DNA of 64,000 nt from Desulfoscipio geothermicus. Its GTDB lineage: Bacteria > Bacillota > Desulfotomaculia > Desulfotomaculales > Desulfallaceae. The notes beneath the pieces were generated by a model. That model ran no database searches and was not told the origin of the DNA. It saw only the letters and a program-made list of their open reading frames with translations. Position numbers and translations under genes: made by a program. Location of the stretch: contig JAENZP010000014.1 in NCBI GenBank assembly GCA_016841205.1, positions 23,003-87,002 of the forward strand, given 5' to 3'. Shown here in pieces: positions 34,112 through 46,512 of this stretch (position 1 is the stretch's first letter; each line of letters starts with the position of its first letter).

Positions 34112-35380
34112 TTAAGCGCCATAATAGCGAGGATCTTTAACCACATTGGCAGCAGCGGTCAGGTGCAAGAACCATCTGGTTAAAGTGATGGCTGTGAACA
34201 TACTGACCAAAATACCAATGCTTAGCGTCACCGCAAATCCGCGGATCATACTGGACCCGAAAAAATACAACACAAATGCAGCTATCAGCGTAGTGACGTT
34301 AGCATCGAACACGGCCACAAAGCCCCGCTTAAATCCGGAGTCAATGGCGGAACGAATGCTTTTACCGGTACGCAGTTCTTCCTTAACCCGCTCGAAAATT
34401 ATCACGTTGGCGTCCACGGCAATACCCAGGGACAGCAGAAAACCGGCAATTCCGGGCAACGTCATGGTAGCATGAATGCCAATAAATATGGCCAGCACAA
34501 CCAGTGCATAAAAAATCAGTGCTAAATCGGCGATTAGTCCAGGAATGCGGTAATATATAAGCATAAAAACTAAAATAGCCACAATACCGACAATGCCGGC
34601 ATTAATAGATCTATTCAGGGAATCCTGGCCCAACTGTGGGCCCACGGTCCGCTTCTCCATGACATCAAGCTGAACAGGCAATGCGCCGGAGCGCAGCAGA
34701 ATGGCAATGGTGTGCGCTTCATCCAAATCTTCATAACCTGTAATTCTAGCCTGGCCGTTGGTAATGGGCTCCTGCACCACCGGGTTCTGCAGCAGTTTGT
34801 TGTCCAGGTAAATACCGATGTTCTTACCTACGTTGGCAGCCGTAGCCTGGGCAAATTTACTGGTGCCCTCTTTGGTAAAAGTAAGATCCACCTCTACCTG
34901 ACCGGAGCCGGGGTCCCGAGACTCTAGGGCGTTCTTCAAATCGGCACCCGTTATAATAGTCTGGCCCAGCTCATTTTTAAATTCCAGGTAAGCAGGCTTT
35001 ATTAAATCCATGACAGCTTGTTCGGGGTCATTTATTCCCGCCAGCTCCACAATTATTCTTCGTTCACCCTGGCGCTGGATAATAGGCTCGGATACCCCGG
35101 TTTCGTTAATCCTTCTTTCCAACACAGCTTGAGCCCTTTTCATTGTTTCCTCATTGACTTTGGAAGTAGGCGTATCCTTGGCTTCCAACACCACGTGCAC
35201 ACCGCCCTGCAAGTCAAGGCCGAGAATAGTTTGATTGCCCCAGGGCAGCCATGAAATATTCTTGAACATTGGCAACGGCACCGCTGCTGTTATGCCCAGG
35301 ACTACTATGGCCAGCATAACGGCGGCTATGGACAATAGCTTACTCCATCTCATTTTGTCTCTCCCCCTTAGCTCAATCAC
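34112..35380 (-). CDS. secD: Protein translocase subunit SecD
   Basis: LGLDLQGG motif and a C-terminal 6-TM bundle. The start may be the internal ATG at 35353. Confidence 0.9.
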   Translation of the reverse strand: MIELRGRDKMRWSKLLSIAAVMLAIVVLGITAAVPLPMFKNISWLPWGNQTILGLDLQGGVHVVLEAKDTPTSKVNEETMKRAQAVLERRINETGVSEPIIQRQGERRIIVELAGINDPEQAVMDLIKPAYLEFKNELGQTIITGADLKNALESRDPGSGQVEVDLTFTKEGTSKFAQATAANVGKNIGIYLDNKLLQNPVVQEPITNGQARITGYEDLDEAHTIAILLRSGALPVQLDVMEKRTVGPQLGQDSLNRSINAGIVGIVAILVFMLIYYRIPGLIADLALIFYALVVLAIFIGIHATMTLPGIAGFLLSLGIAVDANVIIFERVKEELRTGKSIRSAIDSGFKRGFVAVFDANVTTLIAAFVLYFFGSSMIRGFAVTLSIGILVSMFTAITLTRWFLHLTAAANVVKDPRYYGA

Positions 35381-36060
35381 AGTAACTTGGCTCCGTTCAC
35401 TATCAGCTCAAAAACACAATTTAAAAATACCGCCGCCCTTCTGCATAATATCATTCTGGTTAAAAATATTTCGAAATACTCCATCACAGGTGTTATCTTT
35501 ATATTGATGGTTAACTCCATGGTAATTGTTCGCTTCTTTTCGTCCACCCAAACAAGTGAGTTTTCCACAGCATAATTAACCCGGTCATGGATATCAAAAG
35601 TGGCAAATTCCAGGTTGCGAACTCGGGAGCGATGCACGTCGGACTTGTCCGCCAGTATCAGGGCCGCCGCCACTGCGCTTACGGGCTGTCCGTACTGCTC
35701 CTCATGATTGGCAATGGCTGATATAACGGTGGCCACCTCATCAGGATCCATACCCATTTGCAGAAGTATGGGGCAACAAATAGTAGCACCGGAGATGCCG
35801 TGCTCATTCCGGCTCACTACATTACCCAGATCATGCAGGTAGCCTGCAATAGAAGCCAGTTCGGCCTCCCGCTTACTATAGCCCAGCTTGTCCAGTATAT
35901 TTTTGGAAATGCTGGATACCAGGTTGACATGTCGGTAGCTATGTTCTGTAAAACCCATGGTACCCAGAAATTCGTTACCCTTGCGGATAAAACTGTCCAA
36001 TACAGGGTTCCTTTTAATATCATCAAGGATTACCAAATACAAATGCCTCCCATGCTGCAA
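35377..36060 (-). CDS. HD-domain phosphohydrolase
   Basis: GYLHDLGN HD motif. Confidence 0.7.
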   Translation of the reverse strand: MQHGRHLYLVILDDIKRNPVLDSFIRKGNEFLGTMGFTEHSYRHVNLVSSISKNILDKLGYSKREAELASIAGYLHDLGNVVSRNEHGISGATICCPILLQMGMDPDEVATVISAIANHEEQYGQPVSAVAAALILADKSDVHRSRVRNLEFATFDIHDRVNYAVENSLVWVDEKKRTITMELTINIKITPVMEYFEIFLTRMILCRRAAVFLNCVFELIVNGAKLL

Positions 36061-36104
36061 ATAAGATCAATAAAAAGAGTAGACCGGGTCTACTCTCACA
36101 AGAA

Positions 36105-36386
36105 TCAATCCTTGTCATTTTCACCGCTTGAAATAGCTTGTGCCACTGCACTCTTCAAGATTTCGATACGCACGTTTTCAGCTATTCTCAATATAAAGGT
36201 ATCTTCCTTAACCTTGATGATAGTGCCGTAAATGCCACCGGCCGTAATAATATGATCATTTACCTTAAGACCGGCCACCATTTGCGCATGTTTCTTTTGG
36301 CGCTGCTGCTGGGGTCTGATCATAATAAACCAGAGTACCGCAAATAAACCGACCATATATAAAATGCTTATAGTGGTTTCATTCAC
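36105..36386 (-). CDS. yajC: Preprotein translocase subunit YajC
   Basis: N-terminal TM, then QQRQKKHAQMVAGLKVNDHIITAGGIYG. Confidence 0.85.
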   Translation of the reverse strand: MNETTISILYMVGLFAVLWFIMIRPQQQRQKKHAQMVAGLKVNDHIITAGGIYGTIIKVKEDTFILRIAENVRIEILKSAVAQAISSGENDKD

Positions 36387-36496
36387 TCTGTTCTCCCCCC
36401 CTTTCCAAGTTATAAATCAAAACATATACTTATTCTTTATTATTATTAATTTCCCTTTTTTATTTTCATCATGTAAATTAATGTATAATGATATAC

Positions 36497-37627
<1,131 letters not shown>

Positions 37628-38650
37628 TCATATTATCAACATAGCATCGCCAAAGCTAAAAAACCGGTAGCGCATCTGCACTGCCAGAGCATAAGCATCC
37701 AACAGCCGCTCCCGGCCAACCAGCGCACTCACCATCATCAGCAATGTGCTGCGAGGCAAATGAAAATTAGTCACCAGGGAATCCACCACCTGAAAATTAT
37801 AGCCGGGATAAATAAATATTTCGGTCCACCCCGCCCCCGGCTGCACCATACCATTTCCCAGAGCCGCTGTTTCCAGGCACCGGGTGGTGGTGGTACCCAC
37901 CGCAATTACCCGGCCGCCCCGGGCCTTGGTTTCGTTAATCACCCGTACCGTTTCCGTTGGTACGGAATAATACTCGGCATGCATCCGGTGACTGGTTACC
38001 TCGTCCACTTTAACCGGCCTAAAGGTGCCCAATCCAACGTGCAACAGCACGGGGACAATGGGTGTACCCCGGTCCCTTATTTTTTGCAGCAGCTCCGGCG
38101 TAAAATGCAGCCCCGCTGTGGGCGCGGCCGCTGAGCCGGGATCCCGGGCATATACCGTCTGATAGCGGCCGGGATCATTAGGTTGTTTCCTAATATATGG
38201 TGGCAGGGGCATGACTCCCAATTTATCCAATACCTGTTCAAACAAACCCCGGTACTGAAATTTGATTAGGCGGCATCCTTCATCGACCACAGCCTCAACA
38301 ATACCGGTCAATTCATTGCTGAATATAATAGTGGTTCCAGGCGGGACACGCCGCCCCGGGCGCACCAGCGTTTCCCAGGTATATTCACTCCGGCGGGTTA
38401 ACAATAAAACTTCTATGGTTGTCCCCGTACCATCTTTTTTACCCCATAGACGCGCAGGAATTACCTTTGTGTCATTGATTACCAGCACATCCTGCGGCTT
38501 AATATATTCAATAATATCTTTAAATAGCCTGTGTTCAGGCGCTCCGCCATTTTTATGCAGCACCATCAGCCTGGATTCATCCCGCACAAGCGAAGGCTCC
38601 TGGGCAATCAAATCTTCGGGCAAATAATATTCAAAGTCGGCTACCCTCAT
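37628..38650 (-). CDS. queA: S-adenosylmethionine:tRNA ribosyltransferase-isomerase
   Basis: MRVADFEYYLPEDLIAQEP start and AAPTAGLHFT. Confidence 0.95.
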   Translation of the reverse strand: MRVADFEYYLPEDLIAQEPSLVRDESRLMVLHKNGGAPEHRLFKDIIEYIKPQDVLVINDTKVIPARLWGKKDGTGTTIEVLLLTRRSEYTWETLVRPGRRVPPGTTIIFSNELTGIVEAVVDEGCRLIKFQYRGLFEQVLDKLGVMPLPPYIRKQPNDPGRYQTVYARDPGSAAAPTAGLHFTPELLQKIRDRGTPIVPVLLHVGLGTFRPVKVDEVTSHRMHAEYYSVPTETVRVINETKARGGRVIAVGTTTTRCLETAALGNGMVQPGAGWTEIFIYPGYNFQVVDSLVTNFHLPRSTLLMMVSALVGRERLLDAYALAVQMRYRFFSFGDAMLII

Positions 38651-38660
38651 GCAGTACCCC

Positions 38661-40076
38661 TTAATATTTAATTAGCTCAACGCCTGTATAATAGTATTGC
38701 AAAATATCCTGGAAACTATAACCTTGGCCAGCCATACCGGCCGCGCCATACTGTGACATGCCCAGCCCGTGCCCCAAACCGCTGCCGCTAAATGTAACAC
38801 TAATAATCCCTTGTCCTTGGGGGTCGGTTTGCTTTTGCATTGTAAATAAAGCGCTCTGTAGTCCGAGAACAATGCGCACCCGATCGGCATTGACCACTGT
38901 ATACGCTCGCTGGTTGCCCTCAGCATCAAAGCCCTTTATCAATAACTTTTTAACTCTATAGCCGGAAGCACACCATTCCAGTTCCTTTAAGTCTGTTAAA
39001 ACGGCTAACTCAATAAACTCACTGCTATTTATATATCTTTTCAATTGCTGGTTAATTAATGTAACTAGTTCACTAGCGGAGTAAGTAACCGACCAGTTAT
39101 AATGCTTGCTATTGTTATCGTAGGGGTCTTCCTTGGTTCGGATAAAATCCAGTTTATCATTCCAGACATCTTCGCTGTTTTCGGTGCAACCACCGCTGGA
39201 AGAATGGAAAAACGCCGCAACGGGCTGGCCATGACTGGCCAGCACCATACCATTGGTGGCATCAACAACCATGCTGGTCGCCGGGTTTTCTCCATCATAC
39301 CCCTGGTACACCTGGTCGGACTGGTTGTCCAGCACATCAAAGCCTAAATTTGCATAACTGCCCAGTTGGGCAATTAAATAACTGCGTGCCGCAACCGCCT
39401 GGGCCTTCAGCGCTTCCGTAGGAAATGACGCAGGCATCTCCGCAGGGACTACACTATACAGGTACTGTTCAATAGGTAATTCGTTGATCACTGTCAGGCC
39501 TTTTTCACCGGGTCTGATCTCTAAATTTCCCCGGTAATGTTTTACCTGCCCGCCCTCTTTCAGACCGATAATATTTAATCCCCCCCGGGGTAACTGCTTA
39601 ACCTGGCCATTTTGATCAATAACAGCACAGCTTGCCTGATCTGTATTCAGGTAATTAATATCACCACCAGCCCCCTGTACCGCCAGGCCGTCAAGGGAAT
39701 CCTGCTGCAGCAGCGTAATATCGCCGGATAAAATAGCCCTTACACCGGCATTAAGGCTTTCGACTTTAATGGGCCCATTGTATAATCCCACATATTCACC
39801 ACCTCTTAATACCTGGCATAAACCGCCGGCATATTCCACCACCCAGCTTCCTTCTCCATCCCCGGCAATCACCTGATCTGTATAATCATTTATTAACTTA
39901 TAATCACCTTGCAAAACAAAAGACACCTGCGACATGTTTTGCATAAGTCCCACCCGCACATTATTGGGAACCACCTGCACGTCACACCAGGCCGGACCGC
40001 ACGGCAATAAAACAAGCAGCAATAATACAGCTATAATCCCTAAACCGGGACAACATTGTTTATTACCCACCGTCAT
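38661..40076 (-). CDS. spoIID: SpoIID/LytB-domain protein (stage II sporulation protein D family)
   Basis: AVAARSY, QVYQGY and HSSSGGCTE motifs. Start placed at MTVGNKQ... (GGGGGAGG SD, signal-like TM) rather than the longer track ORF. Confidence 0.8.
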   Translation of the reverse strand: MTVGNKQCCPGLGIIAVLLLLVLLPCGPAWCDVQVVPNNVRVGLMQNMSQVSFVLQGDYKLINDYTDQVIAGDGEGSWVVEYAGGLCQVLRGGEYVGLYNGPIKVESLNAGVRAILSGDITLLQQDSLDGLAVQGAGGDINYLNTDQASCAVIDQNGQVKQLPRGGLNIIGLKEGGQVKHYRGNLEIRPGEKGLTVINELPIEQYLYSVVPAEMPASFPTEALKAQAVAARSYLIAQLGSYANLGFDVLDNQSDQVYQGYDGENPATSMVVDATNGMVLASHGQPVAAFFHSSSGGCTENSEDVWNDKLDFIRTKEDPYDNNSKHYNWSVTYSASELVTLINQQLKRYINSSEFIELAVLTDLKELEWCASGYRVKKLLIKGFDAEGNQRAYTVVNADRVRIVLGLQSALFTMQKQTDPQGQGIISVTFSGSGLGHGLGMSQYGAAGMAGQGYSFQDILQYYYTGVELIKY

Positions 40077-40204
40077 AAAAAAAGAACCTCCCCCGCATAA
40101 CCATATCGTGGAAAGTTCGACATAAATGAAATTTATCCTGCCGAATCTCACAATATTCATCGTTAAATAGTAAATATTATAAATAATAAACAATAAGGCC
40201 ATGC

Positions 40205-40426
40205 TTACCTTCTAAATAGCAAGTTTAACAGTAGGGTTAACACAATACTGACAATAATCATTGTGACCACAGGGAAATAAAAAGTAAAATTGCCCCTTTG
40301 CACGAATATATCCCCGGGCAACCTTCCAAGTCCGGGTATTCTACCCATCACCATCACAAGACCACCGGCAACCACCATAAATAAACCTATAATTAATATT
40401 ATTTTACCCAAATCTGTCAGGTTCAT
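40205..40426 (-). CDS. DUF2905-type small membrane protein
   Basis: GRLPGDIFVQRGNFTFYFP signature. Confidence 0.7.
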   Translation of the reverse strand: MNLTDLGKIILIIGLFMVVAGGLVMVMGRIPGLGRLPGDIFVQRGNFTFYFPVVTMIIVSIVLTLLLNLLFRR

Positions 40427-40995
40427 TATGGTTCCCCGCCCCCGGCTCTTTTAGCTTTATTTTTATATTGCTTGTCATAGCGGTCCCTTTCACTGTATAT
40501 ACAACCGCAATACTGCTGCCTATACATGTTGAGCGAACGGGACATTTCCGTAGCCTCCCGGTAACCAGGTCTGAAATCATCGTAATAAAAGCGAACCCCC
40601 GCTTCTTCACCCATAGCACTGCCGATTTCGGCAATTAAGTCATGTTTTTGAAATGGGCTGACCAGTAAAGTGGTACTGAAAGCATCGAATTTACCGCGCC
40701 GCGCTACTCTGGCCGCCTGCCGCAAGCGCATGGTGTAGCAATACCGGCAGCGCACACTTTCCCGGTGCACAACCTCACGCAGGTAGCCTTCCAAATCATA
40801 ATCCTCGTTAACAATTACCTTTAAATCGTTATCCCGGGCATAATCCAGCAGGGTTTCTTTTCTTTTCTGCCACTCGGTATAGGGATGAATATTGGGATTA
40901 TTAAAATAACCGCACACCTCATGGTTATCGGATCTTAGTTTTTTCAGAGGGTAAATGGTACAGGGGCCACAACAGGTATGCAATAAAATTTTCAT
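40426..40995 (-). CDS. queH: Epoxyqueuosine reductase QueH (DUF208)
   Basis: MKILLHTCCGPC start and conserved Cys pairs. Confidence 0.8.
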   Translation of the reverse strand: MKILLHTCCGPCTIYPLKKLRSDNHEVCGYFNNPNIHPYTEWQKRKETLLDYARDNDLKVIVNEDYDLEGYLREVVHRESVRCRYCYTMRLRQAARVARRGKFDAFSTTLLVSPFQKHDLIAEIGSAMGEEAGVRFYYDDFRPGYREATEMSRSLNMYRQQYCGCIYSERDRYDKQYKNKAKRAGGGEP

Positions 40996-41010
40996 GATGA
41001 TTCTCCTTTA

Positions 41011-42042
41011 CTACCATAACGTGGGCTGTTTAGGCCCGGGTATTTCCACCCCCAGATGCTTGTAAGCTGCGGGGGTGGCCACCCGGCCACGTGGGGTGCG
41101 GGCCAGTAGACCCAATTGCAGCAAATAGGGCTCATAAACATCCTCTACGGTGTCCGCCTCCTCGCCGGTGGCCGCTGCAATGGTTTCCACCCCAACAGGA
41201 CCGCCGGCAAACTTGGTTATCACCGCCATTAATACCCTGCGATCGGCCTGATCCAGTCCCAACGGATCCACTTCAAAAAACTCCAGCGCCTCGGTAGCCA
41301 CCACTTGGGTAATTGCCCCATCGGCCTTTACCTGGGCATAATCGCGTACCCGTTTCAAGAGGCGATTAGCAATACGGGGAGTACCCCGGGACCGGCGGGC
41401 GATTTCCCCGGCACCGCCGTTATCGATAACTACGTTTAAAATTCTAGCGGCACGGGTAATAATCGTAACCAGGTCAGTGATACGATAATAGTCAAGCCTG
41501 CTAATCACACCAAACCGGTCCCGCAGGGGTGAGGTCATTAAACCCGCCCTGGTGGTGGCGCCAATCAATGTAAAGTGGGGCAAATCAATTCTTATAGAAC
41601 GGGCCCCGGGACCTTTGCCAATGATAATATCCAGCGAAAAGTCCTCCATAGCAGGGTACAATATTTCTTCCACCGTACGGCTGAGCCGGTGCACCTCATC
41701 GATGAACAACACATCGCCCTGCTGCAGGTTGGTTAATATAGCCGCCAAATCCCCGGGACGTTCAATAGCCGGCCCGGAGGTGGTACGAAGGTTTACTCCC
41801 AGCTCATTGGATATGATATTAGCCAGCGTAGTTTTACCCAAACCGGGCGGTCCGAATAAAAGCACATGGTCCAGCGTTTCGCCACGCTGCAAGGCGGCTT
41901 GAATAAATATACCGATAGTCTCTTTAACCTTATCCTGGCCAATATATTCGCTTAACTTGCGCGGCCGCAGGCTTACCTCGATCTCCGCGTCCTCTTCCCT
42001 AATGGCCGCCGTTATTATTCTTTCTTGATTTAGATCCCCCAT
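41011..42042 (-). CDS. ruvB: Holliday junction branch migration helicase RuvB
   Basis: [14 protein letters not shown], and overall RuvB collinearity. Confidence 0.95.
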   Translation of the reverse strand: MGDLNQERIITAAIREEDAEIEVSLRPRKLSEYIGQDKVKETIGIFIQAALQRGETLDHVLLFGPPGLGKTTLANIISNELGVNLRTTSGPAIERPGDLAAILTNLQQGDVLFIDEVHRLSRTVEEILYPAMEDFSLDIIIGKGPGARSIRIDLPHFTLIGATTRAGLMTSPLRDRFGVISRLDYYRITDLVTIITRAARILNVVIDNGGAGEIARRSRGTPRIANRLLKRVRDYAQVKADGAITQVVATEALEFFEVDPLGLDQADRRVLMAVITKFAGGPVGVETIAAATGEEADTVEDVYEPYLLQLGLLARTPRGRVATPAAYKHLGVEIPGPKQPTLW

Positions 42043-42124
42043 ACAATACCCCGGGCATTAAAAAGCCCACCCTCCTTTTGTTTCCATAACTTATACCATG
42101 TTTTAATCAAAATATGCTATTGTA

Positions 42125-42745
42125 TTACTTGGATTTATCTAAAATACGCAAAGCCATCTTAATAATTTCCGCCACACCGGCTGTTTTACCCAACGCTGAG
42201 TCCATCGTGCGTTGCACAGCATCTCGGGCTTCGCCGGTACTATAGCCCAGTGCTAAAAGACCGGCCAGGGCATCATCTAATGGGTCTGCTGCCGCTGCTT
42301 CACCCGGTATCGCCGGCGTTTCCGTAAGTTTAATAGTTAACTTTTTAAATTTATCCTTTAATTCTAGAACTATCCGCTGGGCAATCTTTTTGCCCACCCC
42401 CGGTACTCTGGTAAGTGCAGATATATCCTCCAGCGTTACAGCCCGGGCCATTCCCTGCGGCGTTAAATGGGACAAAACAGCTAAAGCAGCCCGCGGACCT
42501 ACGCCGTTCACACCTAACAACAATAAAAAAACATTTATTTCGTCGGTGCTAAAGAAACCATACAACTGCAGGTCATCTTCCCGGACGATCAAATGCGTAT
42601 GTAAAGATACTTCTTGATTAACCATACCCGACAGATTAGCGGCACATGCGGCAGTCACGTTAACCTTATAGCCCACACCGTGCACATCAAGTACTACTGC
42701 TTCGGCTTCCACTCTAGCCACAGCGCCCCTTAAAAACGCAATCAT
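42125..42745 (-). CDS. ruvA: Holliday junction DNA helicase RuvA
   Basis: MIAFLRG start and HhH motifs (PGVGKKIAQRI). Confidence 0.9.
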   Translation of the reverse strand: MIAFLRGAVARVEAEAVVLDVHGVGYKVNVTAACAANLSGMVNQEVSLHTHLIVREDDLQLYGFFSTDEINVFLLLLGVNGVGPRAALAVLSHLTPQGMARAVTLEDISALTRVPGVGKKIAQRIVLELKDKFKKLTIKLTETPAIPGEAAAADPLDDALAGLLALGYSTGEARDAVQRTMDSALGKTAGVAEIIKMALRILDKSK

Positions 42746-42794
42746 TACAGTGTCGCCCACCTTATATATGCTGTTATGCATTAATAATTATGTT

Positions 42795-43280
42795 CTATAT
42801 CATAAATAAACCACTATGGTTATTGACATGACAGACGGCCACAGCCAACGCGTCCGCCACATCATCGGGTTGGGGAACAACAGGTAATTTCAATATAATC
42901 TTGATCATATACTGTACCTGTTGTTTGCCAGCCCGGCCACGACCCACCACAGCCTGTTTCACTTGCAAAGGCGTGTATTCATAAACCGCCAATTCCGACT
43001 GGGCAGCCGCCAGTATAATTACCCCCCGGGCCTGGCCAACAGACATAGCGGTTCGCACGTTACGATTAAAGAACAACTCTTCCACAGCCAAACATTGGGG
43101 ACGATATTTAACTATTAAGTCTTTTAATTCGTTGTATAATTTATTCAGCCTCAAATGCGGCGGTATGTCCGCCGCACTCCGTATACAACCGTAGTCCACA
43201 GGGCTAAAGCTGTTACCTGCAAAGTCTAAAATACCATAGCCGGTAATGGCGATTCCGGGGTCTACCCCCAAAACACGCAT
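42795..43280 (-). CDS. ruvC: Crossover junction endodeoxyribonuclease RuvC
   Basis: MRVLGVDPG catalytic Asp start. Located next to ruvAB. Confidence 0.9.
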   Translation of the reverse strand: MRVLGVDPGIAITGYGILDFAGNSFSPVDYGCIRSAADIPPHLRLNKLYNELKDLIVKYRPQCLAVEELFFNRNVRTAMSVGQARGVIILAAAQSELAVYEYTPLQVKQAVVGRGRAGKQQVQYMIKIILKLPVVPQPDDVADALAVAVCHVNNHSGLFMI

Positions 43281-43352
43281 TAAATCACTCCACATCTTTA
43301 TGTTTAGTAAAATAGTAACACAATGACAAGTTTATCACAACATTTGTTCCAT

Positions 43353-44015
43353 TTAGGAATCACCATATTCATCAAAATTTTCCAGCAAAACGTTAAGTGA
43401 TTGCTCATCGGTGAATTCCAAGGTGTTTTGGAGATCAAGCTTTTCATCAGCACTCAAATTAGCAAAGCTATTGGCCTTTTTTAGCTTGTCCATAAACGAT
43501 TCCGGCAATAGGTTAATATTTATGTTTGTCTCTTTTCGCAATAATATTTCATCATGGCCCAGCGGTCCCTGGTAAACAGCCAACTGACCATCATTAATAC
43601 CTAAATGCCTGTATTCTCTATGCATACCGCACAAACCTTCTATCTGTCTTGTAATAACCACTTCGTCTCCCTGAACGACAACAGACCATCCATCCTGTCG
43701 GGTATACTTCATCCGCAGCCGGTTTTCATCCAAACCGATTAAATCACGCTTGGCCGGACCCTGGTAATATACCTCCACATCACCGCAAGCTGTATATTTA
43801 TTCTCCTGGCGCACAATAGTAGTAGACTTGATTAATGGTTCTACCTTATCACCGATAAACATGGGCTTCATGGCCGGGTTACTAACTGAGTTTAAAGTAA
43901 AATACACGGCTATAGCAACCAAAAACACCGCCACAGCTGCTGATAGAATACCCAATAATTTCTTTAGCACGGTAATACTCCTTCGTAAAGTATTAATAGC
44001 TCTGAGATAATTCAA
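43353..44015 (-). CDS. bofC: BofC-like sporulation protein (tentative)
   Basis: N-terminal TM. HLGINDGQLAVYQGPLG resembles BofC YIGVSDNGVISTFHGRP. Position next to ruv genes matches B. subtilis. Confidence 0.5.
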   Translation of the reverse strand: MNYLRAINTLRRSITVLKKLLGILSAAVAVFLVAIAVYFTLNSVSNPAMKPMFIGDKVEPLIKSTTIVRQENKYTACGDVEVYYQGPAKRDLIGLDENRLRMKYTRQDGWSVVVQGDEVVITRQIEGLCGMHREYRHLGINDGQLAVYQGPLGHDEILLRKETNININLLPESFMDKLKKANSFANLSADEKLDLQNTLEFTDEQSLNVLLENFDEYGDS

Positions 44016-44111
44016 TGTCTAAACTGTTTTATGTTATACTTTGCTATATCTTACTAAAAGGATTATTGCCACATTTATACAAAAAATAACATAGGTTGCT
44101 ATAACAGCAAC

Positions 44112-44849
44112 CTATTCTTCGTCAACTATATCAAAATTTGCAAAAACCTCCTGCACATCATCATGATCCTCCAGTATATCCATTAGCTTAAGCATTTGCT
44201 CCTGTTGGCTGTCGGTAAGCATCACTGTAGTTTGGGGTATCTTGGTTACTTCAGAATCGCTTACTTTTATCCCTTCCACCGCCAGTGTTTCAGTCACCTG
44301 TTCTAAAACATCCGGCTCAGTGATTATTTCAAAGGTGTCGTCTTCCTCCTTGACATCTAACGCCCCGGCATCAAGAGCAGTAAGCAAAAATTCATCACTA
44401 TCCACTTTCAGATCGGCCTTTTCAACGATCAGTACCCCGCGGGTATCAAACATCCAGGAAACACAGCCGGTTTCACCTAAGTTGCCGCCATATTTAGAGA
44501 ACAAATGCCTTAATTCACCGGCGGTACGATTTCGGTTATCCGTCAGAATATCCAACATAACGGCCACTCCCCCGGGGCCGTAACCTTCATAGGTTAATTC
44601 TTCAAAATTGGCACCGCCTAGTTCGCCAGTGCCACGCTTAATAGCCCGCTGGATGTTATCATTAGGTATGTTTACCTCCTTTGCCTTAGCAATAGCGTTT
44701 TTTAACCGTAAATTAGCTTCAGGATCTCCGCCGCCTTGCCTGGCTGCTGCAATTATTTCTTTAGCTATTCTGGTGAAAACTTTTCCCCGCGCCGAATCAA
44801 CTTTGGCTTTTTTTCTTTTTATAGTTGACCATTTAGAATGTCCTGACAT
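44112..44849 (-). CDS. yebC: YebC/PmpR-family transcriptional regulator
   Basis: [15 protein letters not shown] start. Confidence 0.9.
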   Translation of the reverse strand: MSGHSKWSTIKRKKAKVDSARGKVFTRIAKEIIAAARQGGGDPEANLRLKNAIAKAKEVNIPNDNIQRAIKRGTGELGGANFEELTYEGYGPGGVAVMLDILTDNRNRTAGELRHLFSKYGGNLGETGCVSWMFDTRGVLIVEKADLKVDSDEFLLTALDAGALDVKEEDDTFEIITEPDVLEQVTETLAVEGIKVSDSEVTKIPQTTVMLTDSQQEQMLKLMDILEDHDDVQEVFANFDIVDEE

Positions 44850-44890
44850 CTAATTCATCTCCTTTTAAATACATGTCCGGAAAATGTCTA

Positions 44891-45637
44891 TTATAGCGGA
44901 GGCATGGCCGGCAGTTGCTTTTTATGCATACTCTTCATGGCCAGGTCATCAACTATTTTTTTCACCCTGTCATCAGCCTGTCCGGTCAAAATATATCGAT
45001 CTAACTCTTCGTAAGTGATGCCCATTTCTTTTTCATCAGTTTGCCCCTCCCACAAACCGGCGGAAGGTGGCTTATCAATAATAGCAGTGGGAATTTCCAG
45101 GTACTTGGCCATTTCAATAACCTGTTTTTTGACCATATTGCCAATAGGCAGCAAATCTACACCGCCATCTCCGTGTTTGGTAAAGTAGCCCACTGTGAGC
45201 TCACTGCGATTGCCGGTGCCCACCACCAGGCTTTCCCTTTTAGTTGCATAATAATAAAGTGTTGTCATCCTAAGACGGGGCTTAATATTAACAGTAGCCA
45301 ACTCTTTTTTCCCCGGGTCATAATCTGCACCAGTAAGCAATTTGACCATTTCTGCAAATGGTTTGTCCAGTTGTACCGTTATATATTCAATGCCTATTGA
45401 TTTAGCCAGCAACTCAGCATGCTCTGCATCTTCGGGATTACTATAACAGGGCATAATCACACCTAAAGTAGTATTCGGACAAACATTCCGGCATAATGCC
45501 GCCGTGACCGCTGAATCAATACCACCGCTCAACCCGACAACAAAACCTCTGACTCTTTTATCTTTAACTTGTTCCTGCAGCCAAGTCTCAATTTTTTTGG
45601 CTAGGTCGCCAATCAGCACTATTTGACCCCCATTCAT
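44891..45637 (-). CDS. nadE: NH3-dependent NAD+ synthetase
   Basis: SGGIDSAV PP-loop. Confidence 0.85.
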   Translation of the reverse strand: MNGGQIVLIGDLAKKIETWLQEQVKDKRVRGFVVGLSGGIDSAVTAALCRNVCPNTTLGVIMPCYSNPEDAEHAELLAKSIGIEYITVQLDKPFAEMVKLLTGADYDPGKKELATVNIKPRLRMTTLYYYATKRESLVVGTGNRSELTVGYFTKHGDGGVDLLPIGNMVKKQVIEMAKYLEIPTAIIDKPPSAGLWEGQTDEKEMGITYEELDRYILTGQADDRVKKIVDDLAMKSMHKKQLPAMPPL

Positions 45638-45894
45638 AGCCTAAGTACACGCACGTGTTATTTTATCACATTTTTTTTATATTAGGCAAACAGGTATGTG
45701 TTTGGGGGTCTCTCTATATACCAAAATGTACTCTCCTATTACTATAAATATATTATAATCTATCAAGTTATTCCAATTGAGTAAATAAGCAAGAAAAAAG
45801 CTCCATTTAAGGAGCACTTGAACTGTAGCTTAACCTTTTATTCGCTAAAACAATACCTCGTCTACCTTTATTAATACCTTAGCCGAATAAGCCT

Positions 45895-46440
45895 CTAATC
45901 AACCTGGCACTCTTCCAAGGACACCCGTACCAAACCCTGGTGACAACGTGGTGGCAGTGCCAAATAATAGGCAGTGGAGCCATCAAGGGCTTGTCGTTTT
46001 GCATCATTTATATCAGCGACAGCTTTAGCCGGCGCCCCAAGGACCAGCTTAAAGGGGGGAATAACTGTTTTCTCAACAACCAACGCTCCAGCACCTATAC
46101 AACAACCATCACCAATATTAGCATAGTCCATAATGATTGCCCCCATACCTACCAAAACATGTTCCCCAAGAGTGGGTGTATGTAATATAGCACCATGCCC
46201 AATGTGACTCCTGGGCCCAAGCAAAGCCTTTTCATCAGGGAAAACGTGAATAACGGCGTTTTCTTGAATATTAGAACCGGAACCAATCTCAATGGCACCC
46301 CAATCACCCCTGATGCATGCCCCGGCACCGATATAACAACCCTCACCAATGATTACATCACCAATAATAGTAGCATCAGGATGTACAAAAGTACCCTTAC
46401 CGATAGACGGTTTTTTGCCCTCGAACTGGTAAATACCCAT
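45895..46440 (-). CDS. Gamma-carbonic-anhydrase / hexapeptide-repeat (CaiE/PaaY-like) protein
   Basis: Left-handed beta-helix hexapeptide repeats. Confidence 0.75.
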   Translation of the reverse strand: MGIYQFEGKKPSIGKGTFVHPDATIIGDVIIGEGCYIGAGACIRGDWGAIEIGSGSNIQENAVIHVFPDEKALLGPRSHIGHGAILHTPTLGEHVLVGMGAIIMDYANIGDGCCIGAGALVVEKTVIPPFKLVLGAPAKAVADINDAKRQALDGSTAYYLALPPRCHQGLVRVSLEECQVD

Positions 46441-46512
46441 TTTAAAAACCTCCTTAAATACGTCTTAAATCTTTAGAAATGTCGAAAAATACGCACATGT
46501 TATTTATTTTAC

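Noticed and set aside
40404-40634. A 76-aa ORF overlapping queH and the DUF2905 gene.
   Set aside because: It lies out of frame inside queH, whose frame carries the conserved Cys motifs.
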